A stretch of DNA of 64,000 bases. Origin: Eledone cirrhosa (Eukaryota). The position numbers and the translations under genes are program-made. Position 1 is the first letter of the stretch, and each line of letters begins with the position of its first letter. The notes under the pieces are model-generated. The model had not been told where the DNA came from. It ran no database searches and worked only from the letters and a program-made list of their open reading frames with translations. Where the stretch lies: assembly GCA_964016885.1 (NCBI GenBank), contig OZ024752.1:8246001-8310000 (forward strand), given 5' to 3'. Positions 49,455 through 61,600 of the stretch are shown piece by piece.

Positions 49455-50350
49455 ACATGGCAGTAAATTGACAGTATCAGTAGAAAGCCAGACGCCATAC
49501 TTTGCAGCATAGAGTTATGACACTTTATGTTCTGAGTTCAAATCCTGTTGAGGTTAGCTTTGCCTTTCATCCTTAAGAAGTCAATAAAATAAAGTACCAG
49601 TAACGTACTGAGGTAGATTTTATCGTCTTCCCACCCCCGTGTGTTCTAATTGCTGGCTTTGTGGCAAATGAAGAAACAATTATAATTATATTCACATCTA
49701 GGATATCTTGCAGGAATAAAGATCGAAGAAGGCAATGTTAATCTGGGCAGCATTTCAACACAGGACAGGAAGGGCCGTAACTAAATACAGACATTTTGTC
49801 TGAGGATCTAACAATTGCGATAATCTACTACCAGATTGTTAACTAGAAATAATTTCAAAATTAAAATAGTTTGATTTAACGATAATAATGGTTTCTGATT
49901 CAGGCACAAGGCCAGCAATTTTGGGGAAGGGAAAGTCGAATAAATCGACCCCAATGCGTGACTGGTACTTTATTTTATCGACCCCCGTAAGGATGAAAGG
50001 CAAAGTTAACCTCGGCGGAATTTGAACTCAGAACATAAAGGGCCGTAACTCTATGCTGCAAAGCATGGCTTCCGATCCTCTACCGATACTGCCAATACCA
50101 CTACCGTTGGACATTTTGTCAGAGGTTCTAAAAATTCCGATAATCTACTACCAGATTGTTAACTAGAAATAATTTCAAAATTAAAATACTGTTTGATTTA
50201 ACGATAATAAAGGTTTTTTGATTTAGGCCCAGGGCCAACAAATTTGGGGAAGGGATGTCGATTAAATCGACCCATCTTATTTTATCGACCCCGTAAGAAT
50301 GAAAGGCAAATCTTTACGGGGTCGATTTAATCAACATGCCTTCCCCAACG
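49455..50350. mobile_element. Cluster of family A SINE copies (+ 49455-49680; - 49890-50100) with a local ~320-bp duplication
   Basis: SINE cores on both strands. GACATTTTGTC...GATAATCTACTACCAGATTGTTAACTAG occurs at both 49790 and 50110. Confidence 0.75.
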
Positions 50351-53300
50351 ATAATAATATTAATTCATCTGACTCACATTATTCTTGCCGGCAATATTAA
50401 ATATGTTACAGGAATAACTTTACTATATTTACTTGCTGTAAAATTGGAATTGTGATGCTGTCAAATATTGTGACAGAGCAAGGAGCCTTGATAAATAGCA
50501 TTGACCTCATTCTCTCCCGCTAAAGCCAGCAATGGCCGTTGAAGTTGAAATGCGAAAATTAATTTGTATTTGTTCAGGAAAAGAATAAAAAACATCCATA
50601 GAAAAATGGCTCTAAAAAGTATTGCATAAATTATCAATGTAATTATTTTTTTCTGAAAGCTTTAAACAAACGTTTATTGAATACAAATATAAATAAAATT
50701 AATGAATTCATGTCTTGTCGCATTTGTTCTTGTAGCAACCATTGGCAGACAACATTACTTAACACAATTTAAAAACAAATCTTTCTTCGTTTTATTCCTT
50801 TTATGTTTTAGTTATAACTATATTCTGATTCCATTTCCTTTCAAGGTCAATTTAAGTGATTTGGGGTTAAAATTTAGCGAAACATTGGTACATCGTAGTG
50901 ATGTTTTGGTTGAACTAGTGTTTGAATTTTGCAACGAAAAATTATAAATGTGAGATATTCGTACTAAACATTCTTTTAGTACCTTTACTGTATGTTAACT
51001 CATAATAGCATTGTTTTCCTAATTCCACGTTTGCATATATTATTATAATAGTTCTAACTTTAGCACAAGCTTGCAAATATTGTAATAAATTACGGACGTT
51101 GAACTTTGCCCAATTTATTATTATTTGGTTTATTTACTTTCGAAGGGTAAAACTATCGATTAAATTTAGCATTCTTATAATTTTGCATTGTTTTTGCTAC
51201 GATTTTTATGTATTAGACAAATGTAGTACTTCCATGTTTTCTGGGTCCATAACACCCGTTAACCTGTCTGGAATGATTCCGTTTTATTTATATATCTATT
51301 TTATTATTTGATCCACGGAAGAAGGATACAGTTGATGGCTTTTGTTAGTTGATACGGTCAATGATCAATTTGAACTACTGCTAATCAATGGATGGTGCGA
51401 AAACGTGACTAGGAATGATTTTAGTACGAAATAAGCTTAAAAATGTGGTTTGCGGTTAACTACGTCAATATTTTATATAGTTTTTATATTAGTCTATATT
51501 GGTTGTGGTGTGTTGGTGAGTGAAGGTTAGCTTGCATTTATTTATAAATCTATTTATATTTATTTAATCATAGCTCACTTATTTATACTCAGTTAGCCAT
51601 TTTGTGGCAAGGTATGAGGTCTAGTCTAAACAAGATTCATTATGTTTGGTTTATAACTATGGATGTACAGCATCACCCCAAAATATCCAGATTATATTTT
51701 TTTAAAGCGAATTTGAGATCATATATCGAATACTAACTGGGGGAAATGTATGCAATACTATTAAAACGAGATATTTAATTTTCATATATTAGATTATAGA
51801 TAACTCAATTGAATCCCGTGGGTAATGGTTGTTGGGTGATGATGATAAAGAGCTGGACAATAGCAATGCTTTGATAATCTCTAATACGTTGTTCTGTTGA
51901 TTCAGAAATTCTCATGCTCAAACGAAAATATAGCCATGTCAACGCATTATGATAGTCATCTTTGGAAGGTTGCAAGTAAACAAAACGTCTAAACGTTATT
52001 CGTAGTTTCAAAGGAAATCAATATAAACGACATGATATAACTATTCAGAAAAATCTACTTCCCAATCGTTTCGGTTACATACACACAATTCCACTTCTTG
52101 TACTAATCATCCTTCTACATTGAGTACGAGAGCTCATTTCCTCTCATTTTACCACTACATGTTTTAAAATGTCTTAGCTTTCTCTTCTTACACCTAGTCG
52201 TCTTAACATTTATCTTGTCAGCAGTACTATTTTTTTCATTTATTTATCCTTTCGTTTCTATTTATATTCTTGTTAGCTTTCTATTATTATTTCCCTTTCA
52301 GCATCACCAGTTCTAATTGCTTCTCTATGCTAGAAATAATATACCGTTTCTAGAAACACGTACTTATCTATTGATTCTATCACTACTACCCTCGGCGCCA
52401 TAATATTGCTACCTAATTTACTGTAACTATAGCAACGAATTCCAATAGTATGGCAGTTAGCGCATGCTTCCCATATTTTATCAGTTTCCTCCCCCTTCTC
52501 CTCCATACTATGTCGGTATCAAATACTATTTCTTTTTCATTCTTTCTTTCTAACTATTTATCTCTTCATTCCATCTTTGGCACACTCGACCTCCTACGTT
52601 CAAAAGATTATAATGAATAGCCAAATACCGCCAATTATTTAGCTGTGTATACACACTAACATTCACCATAATTTTGAAATGCCAAATGGTTGCCTTCTTT
52701 GGCATTTTCTTTCGAAATATGTAACAAATAAAGGAAATGTATGAAAGGAAACTCTATGTTAAAGAATAGATAGCCATTTCAGTGTTTGATTACAACCTAA
52801 GCATGTAATTTGGCTTTAGTTTCGGAAACAATAAAGATTAATATTGTTCTTCCATTGTTAAAATTTGCTAGAAGCATATTTTCCTTTAACTAGACAACAC
52901 TTCATTCTGATTCTTATTCTTGGACATTGCTACTGACTTTTGTTTTAAATGGTTACTGCAGCAAATTTAGACACATGAAATATTTTTTTCTTGAAGAGAT
53001 GCTTATGTTTGTTTCTGTGATTAGTATGATATTAAAGATTTTGTAGAAATGGGGGGGGGGGGGGGGGAGCATGTCTCGAGAATATGGAATGGTTGTATGC
53101 GGGAATAGAAAGTAGATTGTGGGCTTAGCGACGCCACCTAATTCTCAAATATTTATTCATTTACAAGTGAGATTACAAGATATTCATATTTTCCTCAACG
53201 ACATCATCATTACCGATGCAAGACAATTAAAATGGCTCGGTTTGCAATAGGAAACGACGTTACTGATCCTGCTTGTTAGATGGAAGCTTGCTGTTGGTTA

Positions 53301-54199
53301 TAATATTGATTTCTTATTCAGGTACGACGATGCCTCGTATTTGTATGGGGAATGGAATTAGATGATGTGACATTAAGACCAACAAGGTCAAAGAAGCAGA
53401 ATCAGAAAAAAATTGAATTGCTTTCTAATAACTTATTGGCAGCCATGATTTATTTTAATCAGTTTTCTAAAGAATACAAAAAACAAACTGACAGTACAAG
53501 CTGGAGTAGTAGTAAATAATGAACGCAGTATAGTGCATGGGAAAGACTTATAGAGAATCTAACAATAAATGTCTTCCTTTTATTGGATACACAAAGTCAT
53601 AGTTAAAATACAGGACAGGTATAAGTAGAGTAGGAAAATAATTTAACTAAATAAAAGAAATACAAATTTAAAAAAAAATCCCTTATGTTACACTCATTGT
53701 GCTGTCATTATGACTCACAACTTGCTTATGCAGGAATGCGTTTATCTGACACGAAAACAAGGTTAAAAAGTAGCACTAGTTAAAAATAAAGGGGGTGGAT
53801 AGAAACCTCTTTAAGTAACATTTGCAAGATGCCCTCTCCACTCTTTTTTAAATAAAAACTTCTTGTACTTTTTATGATCAAAAGCTTTTGTTGTGGAAGT
53901 ATTTCATCTTGTTAACGTTAATAATTCGTACAGGGACTGAAATGACGTATTGATGTTTGATACAAATATATCTGCTGGAAAATATGAGATTGTGACGGTC
54001 ATATTTATCCCAAAGGCTTTAATAATTATGACAAAGAGTCAAAATGGCATCGGCATTACTCTTTTATTCTTTTACGTGTTACAACCGACTGACTGAGGCC
54101 ATGCTGGAGCACCTCTGTTAAATCAGAAATGTTAACACTAGAAAGACGTTCACCATGACACTAATTTATATATTGAATATAGACAATTATGGTCATTGT

Positions 54200-54502
54200 T
54201 GGTTCCCGCCGAGGTTGACTTTGCCTTTCATCCTTACAGGTTCGATAAAATAAAGTACCAGTAATGTACTGGATATTTGCTGGCCCTGTGCCAAAAGTAG
54301 AAACAATTATTTATCTCACAATTCAATACATAAGTTCATTTAATATAGAGTTCTCTCCCTTGCCTCACTTGGCAAGAAGTGTCATTTAGACTAAAATAAA
54401 ACGCAGTGATGATGCTAATGACTTTTACGGGGTCGATAAAATAAAGAACCAGTAATGCACTGGGTAATTGCTGGCCTTGTGCCTAAAGTAGAAACAATTA
54501 TT
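54200..54502 (+). mobile_element. Two 5'-truncated family A SINE tails
   Basis: CGATAAAATAAAG...GCTGGCC..GTGCC.AAAGTAGAAACAATTATT at ~54243-54312 and ~54434-54502. Confidence 0.75.
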
Positions 54503-54574
54503 ACAGGTGTAATTTCAATTGATTAAAAAATCTTTTTAGTTCACTACACTATGTTAGTTTGCACTTAACTATAC

Positions 54575-54990
54575 GTGTGGCTGTCACGACAAAAAGCACC
54601 CAGCCCACACTGTAAAGTGGTCATGTAGGTATCACGACAAAAAGCACCCAGCCCTCACTGTAAAGTGGTCGTGTAGGTGGCATGGCAAAAAGCACTAAGC
54701 CCACACTGTAAAGTGGTCATGTAGGTGTCACAACAAAAAGCACCCAGTCCACACTGTAAAGTGGTCATGTAGGTGTCATGACAAAAAGCACCCAGCCCAC
54801 ACTGTAAAGTGGTCATGTAGGTGTCATGACAAAAAGCACCCAGTCCACACTGTAAAGTGGTCATAGGTGTCATGACAAAATGCACCTAGCCCACACTGTA
54901 AAGTATTCGCATAAGTGTCACAACAAAATGCATCCAGCACACCCTATAGATGTAGTTGGTGTTAGGAAATGCATCCAGCCATAGAAGCCA
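54575..54990 (+). repeat. 48-bp minisatellite expanded within an RTE/SINE 3' UTR
   Basis: Unit GTAGGTGTCATGACAAAAAGCACCCAGCCCACACTGTAAAGTGGTCAT, followed by GTTGGTGTTAGGAAATGCATCCAGCC. Confidence 0.88.
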
Positions 54991-55069
54991 AGTCAGAAAC
55001 AGTTCTGTATGAGAAAAATACTGTCACCTGACCTGACTTCTTCAAATTGAGAGATCACAGCTCTGATAC

Positions 55070-55308
55070 TATGGACATGTGGTTAGAATGTCTCAAGAAA
55101 GAATCACTGGACAGATTTTATGGGCAAAACCAACCAGGAGGAGAATCAGGGGTAGACTCCGAGAAAGATGGATGAATGACATCCATGAGCTTGGCTGGTC
55201 ATGTTTGGGGGATCCAGCCGGATCAGTTGGAGACGGTTGCTTCTGACAGGACCTGCTGGAAGGAGTGTTTGAGGACTGTCCCCTCATGACGCTCTCAGGA
55301 ATAAGTGG
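55070..55308 (+). pseudogene. Rex3/Expander-like RTE C-terminal fragment
   Basis: GHVVRMSQERITGQILWAKPTRRRIRGRLRERWMNDIHELGW...QLETVASDRTCWK. Confidence 0.72.
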
Positions 55309-55641
55309 CCAAAGAAGTACCTTCTACTCTAACCAAGCTTTCCATTTCTGTGAGATCAACTTTGTCTTCCATCTTTCCAAGGGGCATACAGGGATTCAGA
55401 GGTCTTTGTGCCTATGTATATAAGGGTGGTGGATTGGTAGTGATTAGAGTGTCGGAGAAGGTGGTTCGGGCTATTTATTCCAAATCTTTATGTTTCGAAT
55501 TTTGAGACCAAATCTTGCTGAGGTCAACTTTACCTTCCAGGGTCAATAAAATAACGTAGCAGTTAAGTACAGAGTCTGTTTAAATTGACCATTCCTTTCT
55601 CTTAACATTTGTGTCATTGTGCCTAGCTAAGAGGCGACAAT

Positions 55642-58600
55642 CTGGGAGAGATGTTAAGGTGTTGGGCTAAATGTGGCAGGAAACTGGGAGAGATGGTAAA
55701 GTGTTGGGCTAAATGTGGCAGGAAACTGGGAGAGATGTTAAGGTGTTGGGCTAAATGTGGCAGGAAACTAGGAGAGATGTTAAGGTGTTGGGCTAAATGT
55801 GGCAGGAAACTGGGAGAGATGGTAAAGTGTTGGGCTAAATGTGGCAGGAAACTGGGAGAGATGGTAAAGTGTTGGGCTGAATGTGGCAGGAAACCGAGAG
55901 AGATGTTAAGGTGTTGGGCTAAATGTGGCAGGAAACTGGGAGAGATGGTAAAGTGTTGGGCTGAATGTGGCAGGAAACTGGGAGAGATAGTAAGGTGTTG
56001 GGCTAAATGTGGCAGGAAACTGGGAGAGATGTTAAGGTGTTGGGCTAAATGTGGCAGGAAACTGGGAGAGACGGTAAAGTGTTGGGCTGAATGTGGCAGG
56101 AAACTGGGAGAGATGTTAAGGTGTTGGGCTAAATGTGGCAGGAAATGGGAGAGAGGGTAAAGTGTTGGGCTAAATGTGGCAGGAAACTGGGAGAAATGTT
56201 AAGGTGTTGGGCTAAATGTGGCAGGAAACTGGGGGAAATGTTAAGGTGTTTTGCTAAATGTGGCAGGAAACTGGGAGAGATGGTAAAGTGTTGGGCTAAA
56301 TGTGGCAGGAAACTAGGAGAGATGTTAAGGTGTTGGGCTAAATGTGGCAGGAAACTGGGAGAGATGTTAAGGTGTTGGGATAAATGTGGCAGGAAACTGG
56401 GAGAGATGTTAAGGGGTTGGGCTAAATATAGCAGGAAACTGGGAGAAATGTTAAAGTGTTGGGCTAAATGTGGCAGGAAACTGGGAGAGATGTTAAGGTG
56501 TTGGGTTAAATGTGGCAGGAAACTGGGAGAGATGTTAAGGTGTTGGGTTAAATGTGGCAGCAAACTGGGAGAGATGTTAAGGTGTTGGGCTAAATGTGGC
56601 AGGAAACGGAGAAATGTTAAGGTGTTGGGCTAAATGTGGCAGGAAACTGGGAGAAATGTTAAGGTGTCCGGCTAAATGTGGCAGGAAACTGGGAGAGATG
56701 TTAAGGTGTTGGGTTAAATGTGGCAGGAAACTGGGAGAGATGTTAAGTTATTGGGCTAAATGTGGCAGGAAACTGGGAAAAATGTTAAGGTGTTGGGCTA
56801 AATGTGGCAGGAAACTGTGAGAAATGTTAAGGTATTGGGCTAAATGTGGTCGGAAACTGGGAGAAATGTTAAGGTGATGGGCTAAATGTGGTAGGAAACT
56901 GGGAGAGATGGTAAAGTGTCGGGCTGAATGTGGGAGGAAACTGGGAGAGATGTTAAGATGTTAGCTAAATGTGCCAGGAAACTGGGAGAGATGGTAAAGT
57001 GTTGGGCTGAATGTGGCAGGAAACTGGGAGAGATGTTAAGGTGTTGGGCTAAATGTGGCAGGAAACTGGGAGAAATGTTAAGGTGTTGGGCTAAATGTGG
57101 CAGGAAACTGGGAGAGATGTTAAGGTGTTGGGCTAAATGTGTCAGGAAATTTGGAGAAATGTTAAGATCTTGGGTTAAATGTGGCAGGAAACTGGGAGAG
57201 ATATTAAGGTGTTGGGCTAAATGTGGCAGGAAACTGGGAGAGATGGTAAAGTGATGGGCTAAATGTGACAGGAAACTGGGAGAGATGTTAAGGTGTTGGG
57301 CTAAATGTGGCAGGAAACTGGGAGAGATGTTAAGGTGTTGGGCTAAATGTGGCAGGAAACTAGGAGAGATGGTAAAGTGTTGGGCTAAATGTGGCAGGCA
57401 ACTGGGAGAGATGGTAAAGTGTTGGGCTGAATGTGGCAGGAAACTGGGAGAGATGGTAAAGTGTTGGGCTGAATGTGGCAGGAAACTAGGAGAGATGGTC
57501 AAGTGTTGGGCTAAATGTGGCAGGAAACTGGGAGAAATGTTAAGGTGTTGGGCTAAATGTGGGAGGAAACTGGGAGAGATGTTAAGGTGTTGGGCTAAAT
57601 GTGGCAGGAAACTGGGAGAAATGTTAAGGTGTTGGGTTAAATGTGGCAGGAAACTAGGAGAGATGGTCAAGTGTTGGGCTAAATGCGGCAGGAAACTGGG
57701 AGAAATGTTAAGGTGTTGGGCTAAATGTGGCAGGAAACTGGGAGAGATGTTAAGGTGTTGGGCTAAATGTGGCAGGAAACTGGGAGAAATGTTAATGTGT
57801 TGGGTTAAATGTGGCAGGAAACTGGGAGAGATGTTAAGGTGTTGGGCTAAATGTGGCAGAAAATGGGAGATATGGTAAAGTGTTCAGCTAAATGTGGCAG
57901 GAAACTGGGAGAAATGTTAAGGTGTTGGGCTAAATATGGCAGGAAACTGGGCGAGATGGTAAGGTGTTGGGCTAAATGTGGCAGGAAACTGGGAAAGATG
58001 GTAAAGTATTGGGCTAAATGTGGCAGGAAACTGGGAGAGGTGGTAAAGTGTTGGGCTAAATGTCGCAGGAAACTGTGAGAAATTTTAAGGTGTTGGGCTA
58101 AATGTGGCAGGAAACTGGGAGAGATGTTAAGGTGTTGGGCTAAATGTGGCAGGAAACTGGGAGAAATTTTAAGGTGTTGGGCTAAATGTGGCAGGAAACT
58201 GGGAGAGATGTTAAGGTGTTGGGTTAAATGTGGCAGGAAACTGGGAGAAATGTTAAGGTGTTGGGCTAAATGTGGCAGGAAACTGGGAGAAAATTTAAGG
58301 TGTTGGGTTAAATGTGGCAGAAAATGGGAGAGATGGTAAAGTGTTGGGCTAAATGTGGCAGGAAACTGGGAGAAATGTTAAGGTGTTGGGCTAAATGTGG
58401 CAGGAAACTGGGAGAAATGTTAAGGTGTTGGGCTAAATGTGGCAGGAAACCAGGAGAGATGTTAAGGTGTTGGGCTAAATGTAGCAGGAAACTGGGAGAA
58501 ATGTTAAGGTGTTGGGCTAAATGTGGCTGGAAACTAGGAGAGATGTTAAGGTGTTGGGCTAAATGTGGCAGGAAACTGGGAGAAATGTTAAGGTGTTGGG

Positions 58601-61600
58601 TTAAATGTGGCAGAAACTGGGAGAGATGGTAAAGTGTTGGGCTAAATGTGGCAGGAAAATGGGAGATATGTTAAGGTGTTCGGCTAAATGTGGCAGGAAA
58701 CTGGGAGAAATGTTAAGGTGTTGGGCTAAATGTGGCAGGAAACTGGGAGAAATGTTAAGGTGTTGAGTTAAATGTGGCAGAAAATGGGAGAAATGGTAAA
58801 GTGTTGGGCTAAATGTGGCAGGAAACTAGGAGAAATGTTAAGGTGTTGGTCTAAATGTGGCAGGAAACTAGGAGAGACTTTAAGGTGTTGGGCTAAATGT
58901 GGCAGGAAACTGGGAGAAATGTTAAGGTGCTGGGCTAAATGTGGCAGGAAACTGGGAGAGATGTTAAGGTGTTGGGCTAAATGTGGCAGGAAACTGGGAG
59001 AAATTTTAAGGTGTTGGGCTAAATGTGGCAGGAAACTGGGAGAGATGTTAAGGTGTTGAGCTAAATGTGGCAGAAAATGGGAGAGATGGTAAAGTGTTGG
59101 GCTAAATGTGGCAGGCAACTCGGAGAGATGGTAAAGTGTTGGGCTGAATGTGGCAGGAAACTGGGAGAGATGTTAAGGTGTTGGGCTAAATGTGGCAGAA
59201 ACTGGGAGAGATGTTAAGGTGTTGGGATAAATGTGGCAAGAAACTGGGCGAGATGGTAAGGAGTTGGGCTAAATATGGCAGGAAACTGGGAAAGATGGTA
59301 AAGTGTTGGGCTAAATGTGGCAGGAAACTGGGAGAGATGTTAAGGTGTTGAGCTAAATGTGGCCGAAAATGGGAGAGATGGTAAAGTGTTGGGCTAAATG
59401 TGGCAGGCAACTGGGAGAGATGGTAAAGCGTTGGGCTGAATGTGGCAGGAAACTGGGAGAGATGTTAAGGTATTGGGTTAAATGTGGCAGAAACTGGGAG
59501 AGATGTTAAGGTGTTGGGCTAAATGTGGCAGGAAACTGGGAGAAATGTTAAGGTGCTGGGCTAAATGTGGCAGGAAACTGGGAGAGATATTAAGGTGTTG
59601 GGCTAAATGTGGCAGGAAACTAGGAGAGATGTTAAGGTGTTGGGCTAAATGTGGCAGGAAACTGGGAGAAATGTTAAGGTGTTGGGTTAAATGTGGCAGG
59701 AAACTGGGAGAGATGGTAAAGTGTTGAGCTAAATGTGGCAGGAAACTGGGAGAGATGGTAAAGTGTTGGGCTGAATGTGGCAGGAAACTGGGAGATGTTA
59801 AGGTGTTGGGCTAAATGTGGCAGGAAACTGGGAGAGATGTTAAGGTGTTGAGCTAAATGTGGCAGAAAATGGGAGAGATGTTAAGTTGTTGGGTTAAATG
59901 TGGCAGGAAACTGGGAGAAATGTTAAGGTGTTGGGCTAAATGTGGCAGGAAACTGGGAGAAATGTTAAGGTGTTGGGTTAAATGTGGCAGGAAATAGGGA
60001 GAGATGTTAAGGTGTTGGGCTAAATGTGGCAGGAAACTGGGAGAGATAGTAAAGTGTTGGGCTAAATGTGGCAGGAAACTGGGAGAGATGGTAAAGTGTT
60101 GGGCTGAATGTGGCAGGAAACTGGGAGAGATGTTAAGGTGTTGGGCTAAATGTGGCAGGAAACTAGGAGAGATGTTAATGTGCTGGGCTAAATGTGGCAG
60201 AAAACTGGGAGAAATGTTAAGGTGTTGGGTTAAATGTGGCAGGAAACTGGGAGAGATGGTAAAGTGTTGGGCTGAATGTGGCAGGAAACTGGGAGAGATG
60301 TTAAGGTGTTGGGCTAAATGTGGCAGGAAACTGGGAGAGATGTTAAGGTGTTGAGCTAAATGTGGCAGAAAATGGGAGAGATGGTAAAGTGTTGGGCTAA
60401 ATGTGGCAGGCAACTGGGAGAAATGTTAAAGTGTTGGGCTAAATGTGGCAGGAAACTGGGAGAAATGTTAAGGTGTTGGGTTAAATGTGGCAGGAAATAG
60501 GGAGAGATGTTAAGGTGTTGGGCTAAAAGTGGCAGGAAACCGGGAGAGATGGTAAAGTGTTGGGCTAAATGTGTCAGGAAACTGGGAGAAATGGTAAAGT
60601 GTTGGGCTAAATGTGGCAGGCAACTGGGAGAAATGTTAAAGTGTTGGGCTAAATGTGGCAGGAAACTGGGAGAAATGTTAACGTGTTGGGTTAAATGTGG
60701 CAGGAAATAAGGAGAGATGGTAAAGTGTTGGGCTGAATGTGGCAGGAAACTGGGAGAGATGTTAAGGTGTTGGGCTAAATGTGACAGGAAACTGGGAGAG
60801 ATGTTAAGGTGTTGGGCTAAATGTGGCAGGAAACTGGGAGAGATGTTAAGGTGTTGGGCTAAATGTGGCAGGAAACTGGGAGAGATGTTAAGGTGTTGGG
60901 CTAAATGTGGCAGGAAACTGGGAGAGATGGTAAAGTGTTGGGCTAAATGTGGCAGGAAACTGGGAGAGATGTTAAAGTGTTGGGTTAAATGTGGCAGGAA
61001 ATGGGAGAGATGGTAAAGTGTTGGGCTGAATGTGGCAGGAAACTGGGAGAGATGGTAAAGTGTTGGGCTGAATGTGGCAGGAAACTGGGAGAGATGTTAA
61101 GATGTTGGGTTAAATGTGGCAGGAAACTGGGAGAGATGTTAAGGTGTTGGGCTAAATGAGGCAGGAAACTGGGAGAAATGTTAAGGTGTTGGGTTAAATG
61201 TGGCAGGAAACTGGGAAAGGTGTTACGGTGTTGGGCTAAATGTGGCAGGAAACTAGGAGAGATGTTAAGGTGTTGGGCTAAATGTGGCAGGAAACTGGGA
61301 GAAATGTTAAGGTGTTGGGCTAAATGTGGCAGGAAACTGGGAGAGATGTTAAGGTGTTGGGCTAAATGTGTCAGGAAATTTGGAGAAATGTTAAGATCTT
61401 GGGTTAAATGTGGCAGGAAACTGGGAGAGATATTAAGGTGTTGGGCTAAATGTGGCAGGAAACTGGGAGAGATGGTAAAGTGATGGGCTAAATGTGACAG
61501 GAAACTGGGAGAGATGGTAAAGTGTTGGGCTAAATGTGGCAGGAAACTGGGAGAGATGTTAAGATGTTGGGCTAAATGTGGCAGGAAACTGGGAGAGATG

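Noticed and set aside
50400-54100. Possible decayed transposase/LINE coding in the AT-rich stretch
   Set aside because: Only faint motif resemblances with many stops; cannot be supported without a database search.
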